This document shows positions 38,601 to 52,829 of a stretch of DNA of 64,000 nt, one piece after another (within the stretch, counting starts at the first letter, position 1; each line of letters opens with the position of its first letter). The DNA comes from Raja brachyura (Eukaryota), in the NCBI GenBank assembly GCA_963514005.1, contig OY740812.1, positions 9,858,001 through 9,922,000 of the forward strand, written 5' to 3'. A program made the translations under genes and the position numbers. The notes below the pieces were generated by a model. The model was given only the letters and a program-made list of their open reading frames with translations. It did not search any database and had not been told where the DNA came from.

Positions 38601-41600
38601 TTTCATGCAAGTAAGACCCAAACAAAATTTGAAAAGCACAAATGAAAACACTCACATACTGGTTGGGAAAGTGCATTTTCAAATGCACAACACTAAAATA
38701 AACAGTGCTACATTTCTTGGCACATAATGCATAAAGTTTGATAAGTCATGGGAACAGCAATCTCTATTTAAGATGAAACATCCTGCTTTCCCAGAGTTAA
38801 CTAATTTTTTAATTGATCGTGTTTCCATGAAATATTCCTGACATCATAGTTCACATGGTGTCTATATGGGACTATAGTAAAGTCAACACAGCCGTGGTTG
38901 AATGAAATCTAGACATTTCAGACGGATTACATCATACAGTGCTAAAAAAACTTAAGTCTCCTGCCCAAAGCAGTGGGAGTCTGGAATTCACGTCCTGTAG
39001 TGTGCGATTGCTTACAGATGATTTTGAGGAGGCCAAGCCGGGAGTACAACCATAGCACTCAAAGACAGGAAATCAAAACCGGGATGGTTTGCATATAGTG
39101 TCTGAAATCAAGGGTGAATAGCCATGTTTAACTAAGCAGAACATACCAGGAATATTTACCAGTCTAGGCTACTAATTTCTATGTTCCTTCTTTGATACTG
39201 TAAATAAAAACTGGTATTTGACCTTGGGAAGAGACACACTCGAGTCTGATGGGACAGATGTCATTGTCCCGTTGGCTTTCTGCTCAAAGTGAGCATAGAA
39301 TACATTAGGTTCATCCAGTAGGTCTGCTCACCAGCTATGTTGACCGACTCCTTCACAGCCAGTTACAGTATTCAGACCTTGTTGAGTTCCGAATGATTAT
39401 ACTGGGATTCAAATTAGTCCCGGCATTGTCTCTTGATGGCTTTGCAAAGCTCATAGTGAGCTTTCTTCCACCAAGTGGGATCATTTGACTTGTATGCATG
39501 TTGATTACTCGGCACAAGAAGAGTAATTGTCCAAGCTTTAAAACACACAGGAAAAGGAACAGTCAAGCTAAGAGAGAAGGTGAACTACTTTAATATATTT
39601 CTGGGATAAGTCATTTTCCAAATGATCTGCGACCCATCGAACCTACAGAAAAAAATGTTCCCTCTCAACAGATCCTACTTTTCCGAAAATCGATAGATTT
39701 GACAGAAGTGATTTTTTTTCCCTGGCTTTTAGAAAAATTCTGATATCATGAATTATAATATATACACTACAAATTTGACCTTTTGACCAATACTGCACTA
39801 GTTTCTAGTCCTGGTGGCGAACAGGTAAAAAATGAGATGCGGGCGTAAACTACGTGGTTGGGTTCCATTTCCGAGCAGCAGCAAGCAGAATGGTGGAATG
39901 TAATATGGACAATAAGGAAGTTGGCACCAACAAATCAAGGAGCATTTTAAATATATTTGGGCGATACTAACCACAGAGATTAAATTAATACCACAACAGA
40001 AGTGTGTATTTATGTACTACCTACATTTGATCAGGGCATCTCAGGTGTATTCTACAGGCAAGTCTGATCATTATTATAATGTAGGAAATTAGACAACTAA
40101 TATGTGCAAAGCAAGCTCCCGGAAAAAGCAAAGAAAATAATGATTTTTATTTAATTGAAGGATAAATATTAATTTAAAAAACTCATATCCTCTTGTTCCA
40201 AATAACAAATGTTAATTTTTATGTCCACTTGTTAGAGCAAATGGTACCTCACAGTGACCTCTCTTCTAAACACCAGCACCTCTGATAGTTTAAACCTCAA
40301 TTATGTGTGCAAGGCTCTGCAGAATGATTTTAAACCATAACCGTTTGACTTAGCGGTGAGAATGATAACCGAACCAACTGTGCAGGGCTGATGGCCAAGG
40401 CCTTTGAACTCAGACAAGCACAGTTCAAGAATAGACACAAAAGTCTGGAGTGACTCAATGGGACAGGCAATAAGGAAGTTTAAGACAGGGTTAGATTTAG
40501 CTCTTAGGACTAAAGGAATCAAGGGATATTGGGAAAAAGCAGGAACGCTACTGATTTTAGATAATCAGCCATGATGATACTGAATGGCGGTGCTGGCTCA
40601 AAGCGCCTATTCCTACAACTATTTTCTATGTTTTTATGACGGTATCTCTGAGGAGAAGGAATGGGTGATGTTTCGGGTCGAGACCCTTCTTCAGACCAAC
40701 GATATTACTGTGGTTGTCGAGTAGCATAAAGCACACAAAGTGAAGATGCCACATTTCTTTCCCAGAGTAAACTAAGACAACCTATTAGCTTCATGTTTGC
40801 CATCTCTGGTACTACAATATTTCAATTTATTATTGGCGTTGAATTTTCCGGGTTGAACAAATATCTTGCGATTAGTATCCTTTAGTTCTGCCCCTATCAA
40901 AACAATAACAGCACCTTAGATTGGATCCAATAACCAGCAAGTTTTTGACAGATTCTTAAACTGGTCCAAAGATTGTGGCTCTACCATTATGCCTTCCAGC
41001 ATTTCTGTGGCATTTTTATTTGCCAGGTTCTTCATCCATAATGAGCTTGTCATATATTGGTCTTGATTTGGTCACTTAAAAGACATTTGGACAGGTACAT
41101 GGATAGGAAAGGTTTAGAGTGATACGGGCCAAATGCAAGCAAGCAGGTGGGGTTCGTGTAGATGGGACTCGCAATCATCTGCAAGCTTGGCCACAAAGCT
41201 TTCAATTGATCGGCATAGGCAAGTTGGGCCAAAGGGCCTGTTCTGTGTTGTATGACTCAATGAAACATTAAACTATGTTCTCTGTCCTTCAGGAAGCTGA
41301 ACGATTCAATATAACACACTTCTTCACTACATAGCAGGCATTACTAAAACAGATTTTCAGGTCATTGTTTCCTGGTTTCTCCTGGGATCATATTACATGC
41401 AAATTAGCTGCTTTGATCCCTCAATCAATATAAAAGTCATTGCATTTTATTAAAGCAAGTAATTGCATGGTATCAATTTCTCACATCTCTTTACCCTTTC
41501 CAGTAATGTGCACTTACAATGCTTTGGTAGTCAGTGTAATCTTTTTTGCAGAATCTATAATGTTTTTGTCATTTATTTAAAACTAGTTTTGCTGCCTTGG

Positions 41601-41969
41601 TGGTTATTACTGTGTGTGTGACAACACGGCTGAGGGAACAATTCATAACAGGCAGTAGTGGTCACAGGATTAGAAATCTGCAGAGGACAGGCATCAATTA
41701 TAGGTAGAAATTTACAGGAATACCATTTTTTATAATCTGATATGGAACATTGAGATTCTGGGAAATAACTGCATTTTCATTTTAACAAAACCCTGCTGCT
41801 TTATAGTTAGAATTCAAAAAGGGTGGTATGGCTTTGAAAGGTTTGTGTTTTAAAGTGGTCAACATGAACAGATAGTTTTTTATCTTATTGAGTTGAATAA
41901 CTAATACAGTAGCAGAAGAAGACTTGATATTTACAGAACAATATGGTATCTTACTCATCCACAAGATCA

Positions 41970-43200
41970 CAAGACATAGGAGCAGAATTAGGCCATTCGG
42001 CCAATTGAGTTTTCTCCGCCATTTGATTGCAGCTGATCTATTTTTCCTACTCAACCCCATTCCCCTGCCTTCTGCCCATAAACATTAACACCCTTACTAA
42101 TCAAGAATCAATCAATCACCGCTTTACAAATACCCAATCACTTGGCCTCCGCTACCATCTGTGGCAATCATTTCCACAGATTCACCACCCTCTGGTTGAA
42201 GAAATTCCTCCTCATCTCCATTCTAAATGGTATGTCTTTTTACTCTGAGGTGCGACCCCTGGTCCAACACTCTTGCACTACTGGAAACATCCTCTTCACA
42301 TTAACTCCAGGGGGGTTGCACGTAAGGTCATCGGGTCAAAGGGCATGACGCACGGAGCAGCTCAATCCATGTGGAGGACATGGCAGCCTACGGAATACAC
42401 TGTTAATACACAAAACGCGTACTTTCTTACCTGTTAAAAACACCGAAATGGTCAATTTTAGCGTTGTAACTATTTGTGGAAATCAGGGGTAACCTGATTT
42501 ATCCTACTTTAAAATTCCAAAAGTGAGGAGAAATGATGGTAGAGAGAAACAACAGCTGAATGGACAACAACAGCTAAAGTGGTTGGCGAACATTGGCCGG
42601 CAGATATCAAGATTGAAAATATTGGGAATTATCACATTTGCTCACTGCATTTAATCAACAGCAAGTTATTTGTGAATTTTCTTGATTCCTTTGGTATCTA
42701 AAAAGTTTCAGAAGTGATAAATCTGGCTGTAAAATGTTAAAATCACCCATGTTCTCACGTGGGTTTTTACATGCAAAACGACAACAGCATGACTGTACAC
42801 TTTGCTACGCTGTATTCCATCTGCCACAACTTTGCCCATTCTCCCAACAGGTCCAAGTCCTTTTACAGACTCCCTGCTTCCTCAATACCACCTGCCTGTC
42901 CACCTATCTTTGTGTCATCTGCAAACTTGTCAACAAAGCTATCAATTCTATCATCCAGATCATTGGCGTAAATTGAAAAGTAGCAGACCCAACACCAACC
43001 CCTGCGAAACACCACAGGTCACCAGCCACCAACCAGAAAATACCTCCTTTATTCCCATTCTATGCCTTCTGCCAGTCAGCCAATCTTCTCTCCATGCTAG
43101 TTTCAAATACCATAGGCCTCTATCTTGTTTAGCATCCTCACATGCGGCATCCTTTCGAAGGCCTTCTAAAATTCCAAACAAACAATATCCACCAACAAAC
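41970..43200 (-). mobile_element. CR1 fragments interrupted by an unclassified ~490-bp insertion (~42309-42795)
   Basis: CR1 3' UTR at 41970-42308; RT segment (WLTGRRHRMGI...VTCGVSQGLVLG) at 42800-43200; the middle is unrelated and richer in CpG. Confidence 0.6.
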
Positions 43201-44244
43201 CTTATCCTTAACTGTAGAGTCTAAAACCTTTATCCAATGCAGATAAAATGCTATTACTATTGTTGAATGCAAGAAAGTATAGGACAAGAAATGATTACAG
43301 AACCCATCCAGCACCCTTGTTCCAAAGACCACGTATGCGATTTCAGAATACACATCCCATCATTGATTCTAGCACACACATTTCTGTCCACAGATTGATT
43401 TAGATGAGGAAAGACATTTATGCCCCTCTGTGCCAACAGCTCATACCAAATTTTAACCAAAGGCAGTGATTTTGCTTCTTCCACACTTGACAACCCAAGA
43501 TAGAGCAACCTTCGACTACACTACTAAATGACAATGCACAAGGTCCAATATTGCAATATAAGTAACCAGAGCACTGGAATTGCTGCGATTGTTTTACTTG
43601 GACTAGAGACAATTTTACATCTCAGGCCGAACACCTGGGAGTATTAGAATATCAGCACATTTACCTTCTTAGGCACTTGAAAATTGGCATGCCCACGCAG
43701 GTTCTCTCGAACACGTACAAAGGTGCTGACAGAAAGTATTTTGACAGAATGCATCCAAGCCGAGTGTGGCAACTAGTCTGCTCTTGACTGACTGAACCGA
43801 CAGAGAGCGATGAACATAACCCAGTCCATCACTGGCTTGTCACTTTCTTCCATCCAGTCCATCTGTTGCATCCCTTTCCTCTCTTCTACCTTCTGCGAGA
43901 AAATACAGGAGCTTGACAGCCCAGGCATCCAGAATTAGAAGGAGCTTCATCCCCACAGTTATCAGGCTCCTGAACTAATCACCTCTTTCTCACCCTCTTC
44001 CTGGAGGTGCTTTTGCACTACTTCAGATTGTGCTACAATCAATGATTGCACCATTCTGCAGTCTGGCATTTGTTGTATTTACTGTTATAAATATCATATA
44101 CTGTTTACTCTGTGAGCTTCATCCCACCAAGGAATTGAATTGCATGCTGCTCTATATGACAATAAACTAACCTGAATATTGACAAGGGCTGAATGGTTGC
44201 AAACTGCCAGTTATTGTAGTCAGTTTCATTATAGTAGAGTACAG

Positions 44245-44767
44245 TGCACAGTAGAGGGCTTGCTGACCGGTTGCATTGTGGCTTGGTTAAACAACTTGAG
44301 CGCCCTGGAGAGGAAAAGGCTACAAAAAGTAGTAAACACTGCCCAGTCCATCATTGGCTCTGAAACTTCCTTCCATCGAGGGGATCCATCACAGTCGCTG
44401 CCTCAAAAAGGCTGGCAGCATCATCAAGGACCCACACCATCCTGGCCACACACTCATCTCCCCGCTGCCTTCAGGTAGAAGGTACAGGAGACTGAAGGCT
44501 GCAACGACCAGGTTCAGGAATAGCTACTTCCCCACAGCCATCAGGTTATGAAACCTGGCTCGGACAAAACTCTGAACATTAATAATCCATTGTCTGTTAT
44601 TTGCACTTTATTTATTCATGTGTGTATTTACGTATATAATGGTGTATGGACACACTGATCTGTTTTGTAGTCAATGCCTACTATGTTCTGTTGTGCTGAA
44701 GCAAAGCAAGAATTTCATTGTCCTATCAGGGACACATGACAATAAACTCACTTGAGCTTGAACTTGA
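44245..44767 (+). mobile_element. Rex1/Babar-type LINE 3' end
   Basis: ERKRLQKVVNTAQSI...RCLKKAGSIIKDPHHPGH...PSGRRYR...RFRNSYFPTAIRL; AATAAA and (CTTGA)n-like tail. Confidence 0.8.
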
Positions 44768-47700
44768 TTATTCTTTGTGAAATTAAATGAGAGGTTCCTT
44801 GACAGCAGCACAAAGATTCCAATTATTTTTCTGTTTATCTATAAATTTGGTCATCATTTTGGTAACTTCTTTATTTACATCTACATGTATTTTTGTTGTA
44901 AAGGTTCCAGTGTGCTACAGCCACTGAGGACGACGTACAACATACAAGTTGTTAATAGTGAAAAAAAACTTTAAATAAAAATACTTGCTTTAGGAAAAAA
45001 CAGACACAAAGTATCTTCTGAGTTTTCAAAATTCAGATTATTGCAGCGACAATGAAAATACACCATTACTTTGCTACATTTCTGTTCAGAGTAGCAGGAG
45101 AATTCAGTAGAAATATGAGGCTGAGATGATAAACTGTTCATACTTTGCACTTGTGGTCTTGTGGAAACCACATGGTGTGCTTACTGTAATTACTCCCTTC
45201 CTAATCAGTGTTTATTGCCAATTTCAAAAATTACTCATTTCATCAGTTCCTCCAACAAAGTACAAAACACCCACGTATAAAAATAGTTGTAGGCTGGGCC
45301 AAAAATACAGCAGTATAAAACACTGGTCACTCACTTATTCTGCTACTTTCAAACTAGCTAGCTTTGAGAAGGTGCTGGAGGACTGTCAGGTGTATTAATA
45401 TAAAGTTATTGTTCCAAGAAAGGAAGTACTGCTTATATAGTTTCACCCATGAACTAATCCCATATACCATATCTCTTAGACTTGGCCAGTATCAAAGTGT
45501 TCAGAGTTCTCAAAAGTGGCATTTGTCCTTTGTACATAGGATATATCAACTTGATAACTTTACAAATGTACTGACTTGACGACACTCTGAATGAATAGTG
45601 GATGAATGTAAAGACAGCCATACACCGTTTTGTAATTCTTGTCTTTCTCTTTCGAATTCTTTTAATTCTATTTAATTATTTTTAATTCGATCTTGCCAAA
45701 GCTTCAAAAGAAAGAACAGATACCCAACCATAATCATCTTTCAAAATCTTCTCCCTTCTCTTTCGGAATGTAAAGAAATAAGCTACATATGCAAACCTTA
45801 CAACACCCACAAGCCCCTGCCATGGATTTTTCTAATTAAGGGGAGGGACTTAACAAAAGCATTTTACTAATTGCAATTCAAATTTTAAAAATGTTACAAC
45901 AGCAACAGATTCAACAGCTGCTTTTTAAGAATACAATGGACATAAGGAAACCTTTGGATCCCTATCGAAGTTGGGCATTCTGTCAGACTTTGAATGATGT
46001 ACACTTTCCATTACAATCTAGATTCTGACTCCAGATTCACATTGCAAATTCTTACCCTTTCATAGGACGCCTGAATTGTACTATAACAGTTGAAGAGATT
46101 TTCTGAGAACCATCAGTAAAGATTAGAAACATAGAAATTAGGTGCAGGAGTAGGCCATTCGGCCCTTCGAGCCTGCACCGCCATTCAATATGATCATGGC
46201 TGATCATCCAACTCGGTATCCCGTACCTGCCTTCTCTCCGTACCCTCTGATCCCCTTAGCCACAAGGGCCACATATTAATATCATAATATTTTGATACTA
46301 TTATAGGTTACCTGCCTTCATTGATTAGGATATGATGATTAAGTTACCTTACTGGTGATGCTGAACCCACACAAACAGCCCTGAAATCAAATCCATTGTA
46401 CCTGTGAAATGTTAATTCCGATTAATAATCTGACATTTAAAAAGCTAATTGTTAGTGGTGGTGACTAGTAAACAACTGGATTATTGTAAAAACCTATCCG
46501 ATTCACTACTCTTCTTTGGGAAGAAGATGTCACATCTTACCCAGTCAGGCCTATATACGACTCATGACCCTAACTGGCCCAAGAGGCTACCCAGTTCATT
46601 TGGTGACTTAACTGGCCCTGGAGGCCACTCAGTTAATTTGGTAATTAGGAAAACTAGGTAATTATAAATGTTGGCCTTTCCAGTGAGGCCCAAATCCTGG
46701 AAAATGAATTAAAATAGAGACAATGATAGAAGGGAGCAATGGTTCTGCTATCTTATTAGAAGCCACATTTTAAATTTAGAGTGGCTGAAGAATGAGATTT
46801 ACAAGTACTAATTCTCATGGATTGTCCAGGAATTAAAAAAACAATTTCAAGGACTGTGAGAAACATGCAGGAAAGACACTGGAGTATTAGACATTGTGTG
46901 TTTATCCATTTTCTTTGAGCACTCTGAATTGGTAGTTTAAAACAAAAACCTAAAAGATGGGAAAAATGTTTGACAGAAATCGTAGGCAGGAGGTTAAATG
47001 ATGAACCTCCAGGAGCATGTCCAACCAGAATTGGCCACACCACTAGGGCTGCACATTCTTCATGCAAATCTCTACCCATCTAATTCATTCCAAAGGCAGT
47101 AATAGTTACAGTGAATCTATCAATCAGGCATGCAAGATTCCATAACTATTATCTAGCACAAAAATTAAAGCAAAATTGTGAAGACTTAGAATATAATTCA
47201 ACTTGTAAGGATATATTTTTTCTAAGTTAAATTAAACTAAATTACAAATAATAATGGCAACCTTCTTTGCAATATGTATATCTATAAAATATTACCATCA
47301 ATATTCCAACAGATGGTCTACCTCACTCAAAACAATTCTAAGGTCTATACCACATATTAAATAAATGTCTGTGCTGCGTACAATATCACCCAAACACTAA
47401 ACAGAATGGTTTACTTAAGCACTAACACACACTTTCACCTAATCTCACGGCATGAACTGGAAAAAAAACTCAGGTGTTTTTTCTGTGGTGGCCCTTCAAG
47501 ACTTTTCAAGCATGAAAGTGTTATTGGTTGAGATGGCTAAGACCAGCCATGCCCACAAAACACCTCATTGACTAGGCCAAGACAAAGCATCATATTTAGC
47601 TTGAACTGCTAAACTACTAAACGGTTTAAACTTTTTAAAATATTGATAACGAATAAATAATCAAACAATTAAAAACAATCTAAATTAAACCCGTTTTGAG

Positions 47701-49604
47701 CCTTTTCGAGGACGTGTCGGAACAATTTTAAGAGTTCTTTGTGTGTCATAAGCCATGGAAAAATAAACCAGTTATATAAAACAAGCTTCTACCCAAGCCT
47801 CTCAGCATGATTGAAATCTTCTTCCGATGTCGGAAAAACACTTCTTGCACACCTTCAGAATGGCAAGAAAATCTTGACACAAATTCTGGCCAATTAGCAC
47901 GGCCTCACTCGGTTACCGAATTGATTTCAATATCAAGAGTGTAGGTTGCGGAGTTGCACCTACTTCAGCATTTCCACTTTAGAGCACAAGAGCAGCAATC
48001 GTAATGCTTGTGTCGGTTTCACAAAGTACAACTATAAAAATAGTTAGTTTCACCACTGTTACTCCCACAATGTCGAAGCCAATGTATTTTCTTCCATTAA
48101 CTTAGACTGTTAGTGTGATCCAATTCTGAAATTATATCATTGTTGTCAAAGCATTGCAAATGTTGGTCAAGAATTTGAATGAAAAAATGAACCAATGATT
48201 ATGCTAAGAACACAAAATAAATTTACCCTTTAATATTTCTCCTATCATTAATAACATCCAATGATGTCTGAAGATTGATTCATTAGCTAATCAAAATTAA
48301 GAAACAGAAGCAGTTGACTCCAAGTCTTACTCATGGTCAATAAATTGGTGCAATATTCTTTCCAAGCAAAATAAACTGAAATATTTGGGTTCATTTTCTC
48401 TGCATTGCAGAATGCATAATGCATTCATTCAAACTATTGAACATAAAAAAGAAATAGGTCACTCAGCCCTTCTGCTTGCTCTGCCATTCAATAAAATTCT
48501 GTCTGATCTTACATCCCAATACCACATTCCTGTCACAATCTAACATTTTCTTAATCAAGGGATTATGGTATTAGTGCAGAAAGATTGCACTAAGTTCATT
48601 ACATTGTTACCAACTAATAAGATGGCAGTTCAGCTCGGTTATTTTGGCTTATTCATTTGTGCAGTGTATTTACTGGAACTGCACAAACTATTTCATATTA
48701 ATTCAGAAGTTAAAATGCTTTAATTTAGTTTGTTAGAAGGAGACCTTGCAACACAAACATTTTCAAAGTCAGCCAATATGTTTTAAACAATGTACATTGC
48801 ATTTTAGCAAAAGTGCCAGCAAAAAAGTTCATAAACAATTATTATTGTGCTGTGTATACAATAAAAACATTAACATGTTATTTGCCCGTTTGCTTTTATG
48901 TAACTATTAATGTATTTTACATCATTTGACCAACTGCATATGCCAATAGATTAAATTAAATTGCATATACTTTTAATTAGGATATAATTTTAAAAAAATG
49001 TGTTGATTATTATTACATCGAAGATGAAAGTGCATCTATTTATTTAAAATGCATCTCTGAAGCGAACATGATTCTGGAAATGGTGCCAAGTAAGAAATGT
49101 ATTCCAATACCATACCAAAAATTTAAACCATACAAAATAATTGATTTCTAAATTAATTCGAAACCATCCATTTGAAGTAGCTTTCAAATAATAATCTAGT
49201 GTAAAATATATATATATATTTAGGCTTTGCAAAGTCTTCAGGCATCTGCAACTAAAGAATACCACTGTACTGTACATTTAGTAAATTTTAATTAATTTAA
49301 TTGATTGTGAGCACATCTCACAACATAGAAAAAGTACCAACGTCACCGCACCCATCGGAAAATGCAGGAATATCCCAAGGATCTAAAGGATATACTGCAA
49401 TGAAACTACATGAAGAAACACGTACCGTTAGAAAATTAATTTCACAAAATGTCCTCGACGCTGCTCGGCAAACTTCCGCTTTTTTAACCGATGCTGCCAT
49501 TTTATTCAGTTGCAGTTTCTTAAACTTAGTAGGAAACAAATTAAACCTCCCCAGTTCAATAATAAAACAAACATCCCTACAAAAGCCTTCATCCTGACTC
49601 TCAC

Positions 49605-50070
49605 CTGGGATTCCAGACCTGATGAGACTCGGCAGAGCTGATACCGCTCTGTAGATTCCGCTCTGACCTCAGTCTACTGGTGAGAATCAATGGCACTTCC
49701 CATTCGTGGGGAGTAGCTTCGAACCAACTGATTACATATAAAACTGAAGCGGAACCTTTAACATGAGCTAAAAATATACGTTACCCAATCAGCCAACAAC
49801 ATGCAAGAGTGTCATACTCTAGTACCAAGTAAAGGACACCTCAACATGTAACCCACACAAAATGATTGATCAGAATTAATTTTTACTCGACATAAGAACT
49901 CAACTTTATTACAATAATATTTTTAGTTTCCCGTTTGCGATAGATTTCCTATTTCTTCACTCCCTCTGCTGGGGACCGACAGCAATGCAACTCGTGAAGG
50001 GCGTTCCCTTCACCCAACTATTTAAAAAATAATGTAAAGGACGTTTTTTGCGACGTTGGGACGTCCCAAA
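49605..50070 (-). promoter_or_regulatory. Candidate non-coding exon 1 and promoter of MAP3K14
   Basis: Donor CCAG|GTGAGA at 49605/49604; locally more CpG; GGAAGT (ETS) and CCAAT motifs; kB-like sites at ~49999 and 50058. Mammalian NIK has a distant non-coding exon 1. No transcript evidence. Confidence 0.35.
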
Positions 50071-50300
50071 TAACTTTGCAAACAATTGAAGGTAGTGACC
50101 AATATGACATACAAAGTTGCACCACTAATTCATATGTAATAAGGTGCAACAAATATAAGTGAGATAATGGCCTAATGGTTTCATTTTGCTGTTAGTCTAA
50201 GGAGAAATGATGGCCAGATTACCGGGAAAAGGCACTTGATAACCACGTCGCTCACCCTCAAAGCTCATTACTATGACATCTTTAAAAATCCACCTGAGCG
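50030..50300 (-). mobile_element. Ancient DeuSINE relic adjacent to the candidate promoter
   Basis: GGACGTCCCAAA...TTT.CA..CAAT.GAAG...GAGATAATG.CC...TGGCCAG...ATCTTT....ATCCACCTGAG follows the recalled SacSINE1/AmnSINE consensus in reverse. Confidence 0.6.
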
Positions 50301-51199
50301 AAAATACTAATGCTCATGTTAATTGCATTTATCAAGTAAATCATTAGAAATACACAAAATATACTATAATTGTTCCAGACTGCAAGTGCATGTTCCAATT
50401 CCCACAGCCCTTGATCTTCTTGCTTCTATCTGCCTATTCCATTTACCTTAATCTTGAATATATTTAACCACTGAGCTTTCACAGGCTTCTAGGTTAGAGA
50501 ATACAATGATTCACATTATTCTCAGTAAATAACATTCCCTTTATTTAGGTACTAAATGTCCACCTGCCATATTCCCTGCCATAGATAATGCCACCTACTT
50601 CAAAACCCTCCAATAAATTGCTATTTTCCCAATCAAATTAATAGAAAATAAATTAATAAAAGACTTCATCTGCTGTCACTTTCCACATTTACTTAACTAG
50701 TCAATATCTTAATTTTAAAGAAAATATTTATGTGCAGATTGTGAAGTCACTGCAGGCACGATGGTTTGTGACTGGGGATGTTCGCCACTTTATTTGAAGA
50801 TGCTACAGCTAGAAATGTTGAAACAATTTAACCAGAAGTGCACCAGTTCTGGGGACCAACATTCACCATAACTGCCAGGATGCTGAAAAGTCACATCGAC
50901 TTTGCTATACTCGGTGTACCCAGCTACATGTTGGTATAATACTGGGTGGGTTATGGATGTAAAGAGGGTTCAAGAGTATATTGGTTATCTGAGCGCAAGA
51001 ATATATGCAGAGATGTGAGGCAGTCCACTTTTCTGTTCAAAACAGAAGAAAAGACTATTTATTAATTAGTGAGGGATTGCAAATATTAATATGTAAAAGG
51101 TGCTATGAATACTTTTATGCAAGTATCTGAAAGTCAACACATCTGTGCAGCAAACAATCAGAAGAGCAAATGATATGTTACCCTTTATTACAAGAGGAT

Positions 51200-52130
51200 A
51201 GATACAAAAAGCTGGAGTAACTCAGCCAACAGGCAGCATCTATGGAGAGTTATGGGTGACTTTTCGGGTCGAGGCCCTTCTTCAGACTGAAAGTGACGGG
51301 AACGGGAAACGAGAGATATAGACGATGATGTAGAGATCAGGTGGGTCCAGGTGGACTGAGCGAAGGTGTTCAGCGAAACGATCGCCCAGTCTACATTTGG
51401 TCTCGCCGATGTATAAGAGTCCACATCTTGAACAACGGATACAGTGAATGAGGTTGGAGGAGGTGCAATTGAACCTCTGTCTACCCTCAAAGGACTGTCG
51501 GGGTCCCTGCACAGAGTCAAGGGAGGAAGTATAGGGACAGGTGATGCATCTCCTGCAGTTGCAGGGGAAGGAATCGGGGAGGGGGTGGTTTGGGTGGGAA
51601 GGGATGAGTTAACTAGGGAGTTATGGAGGGAGCAGTCTCTGCGGAAGGCGCAAAGGGGTGGAGATGGGAAAATGAGACTAGTGGTGGGATCCCGTAGGAG
51701 GCGGCGGAAATGTCGGAGGATTTTGTGTTGTATGCTACAGCTTACGGGGTGAAAGATAAGGACTCGGGGGACTGTCTGTTGCGACTAGGGGGAAGGGGAG
51801 CAAGGGGCAGAGCTCCATGGTACCAAGGAGACACGTGTGAGGGCCTCATAGATGAAAGGGGAGCCCCTGTTCCCTCAAGAATGAGAACTTCTTGGATGCC
51901 CTGGTGTGGAAAACCTCATCTTGCCGCTGATGCGGCGTAGACAGAGGAATTGGGAGTAGGGAGTCTTTGCAGGAAACAGGGTGGGAAGAAGTGTAGTCAA
52001 GATAGTTAGTGGGAACCAGTAGGTTTGTAATAGATGTCAATCGATAGTCTATCTCCTGTGATGGAGATGATGAGATCAAGAAAGGGGGTGGGGGGTGTCG
52101 GAGATGGTCTAAATGAATTTGAGTGCAGAC
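51200..52130 (-). mobile_element. Penelope-like element fragment (RT thumb + GIY-YIG endonuclease)
   Basis: PTNYLDYTSSHPVSCKDS and RFNCTSSNLIHCIRCSRCGLLYIGETKCRLGDRFAEHLRSV (GIY-YIG YIGET motif); terminal repeat with hammerhead core at ~51258-51285. Confidence 0.88.
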
Positions 52131-52187
52131 ACGTGCATTACAAGAGGGTTTGATTGCAAGGGTAAAGAAATGTTGTAATTGTGTAGA

Positions 52188-52420
52188 TAGATACAAAATC
52201 CGGAAATAACTTAGCTTGTCAGGCAGCATCGCTGGAGAGTGGAAATGTAACGTTTTGGGTCGGGACCTCATCTTAGGACCCAACGCCTTCAGTCTGAAGA
52301 AGGGTCTCAACCCGAAATGCTATCTATCCATTTTCTTCAGAGAAGCTGCCAAACCCGCTGAGTTACTCCAGAATTTAGTGTCTATCTTTGACATAAACCA
52401 GCATCTGCAGATCCTTGTTA
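52188..52420. mobile_element. Inverted pair of Penelope terminal repeats
   Basis: Minus arm at 52188-52280 and plus arm at 52290-52420, each with a degenerate hammerhead core. Confidence 0.7.
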
Positions 52421-52829
52421 ATTAAAGTGATTTAATTGCCACAAAGGGGAATGCAGTGAAGATTTATGAGACTGGTTCCATAGATGGTTGGTTTGCCATA
52501 TGGGAAGAGATTGTGTCAACTTGGACTGTATTCCTTAACAGTTACACAGATGAACAGAAATGGTATTGAAATTTACAATATTTAATAGGCTGGATGCTGG
52601 GAGATGTTTCCTCTGACTAAGGATTCTAAGACAAGGGTATTCAGCTTGACAATGAAGGGTAGACCATTTAAGAATGAGATTTGATTTTTTTTCTCACTCA
52701 TGGTTTGGGGAACCTTTGGAATTCTTGAGTAACTGAAAATCAATAAAATAGCAGATGCTGGAATTCTGGAAAAAAAATGAAAATACCCGAGAGGTTAGGC
52801 AGCATTTATGAAAAGAGAAATCTTTTACA

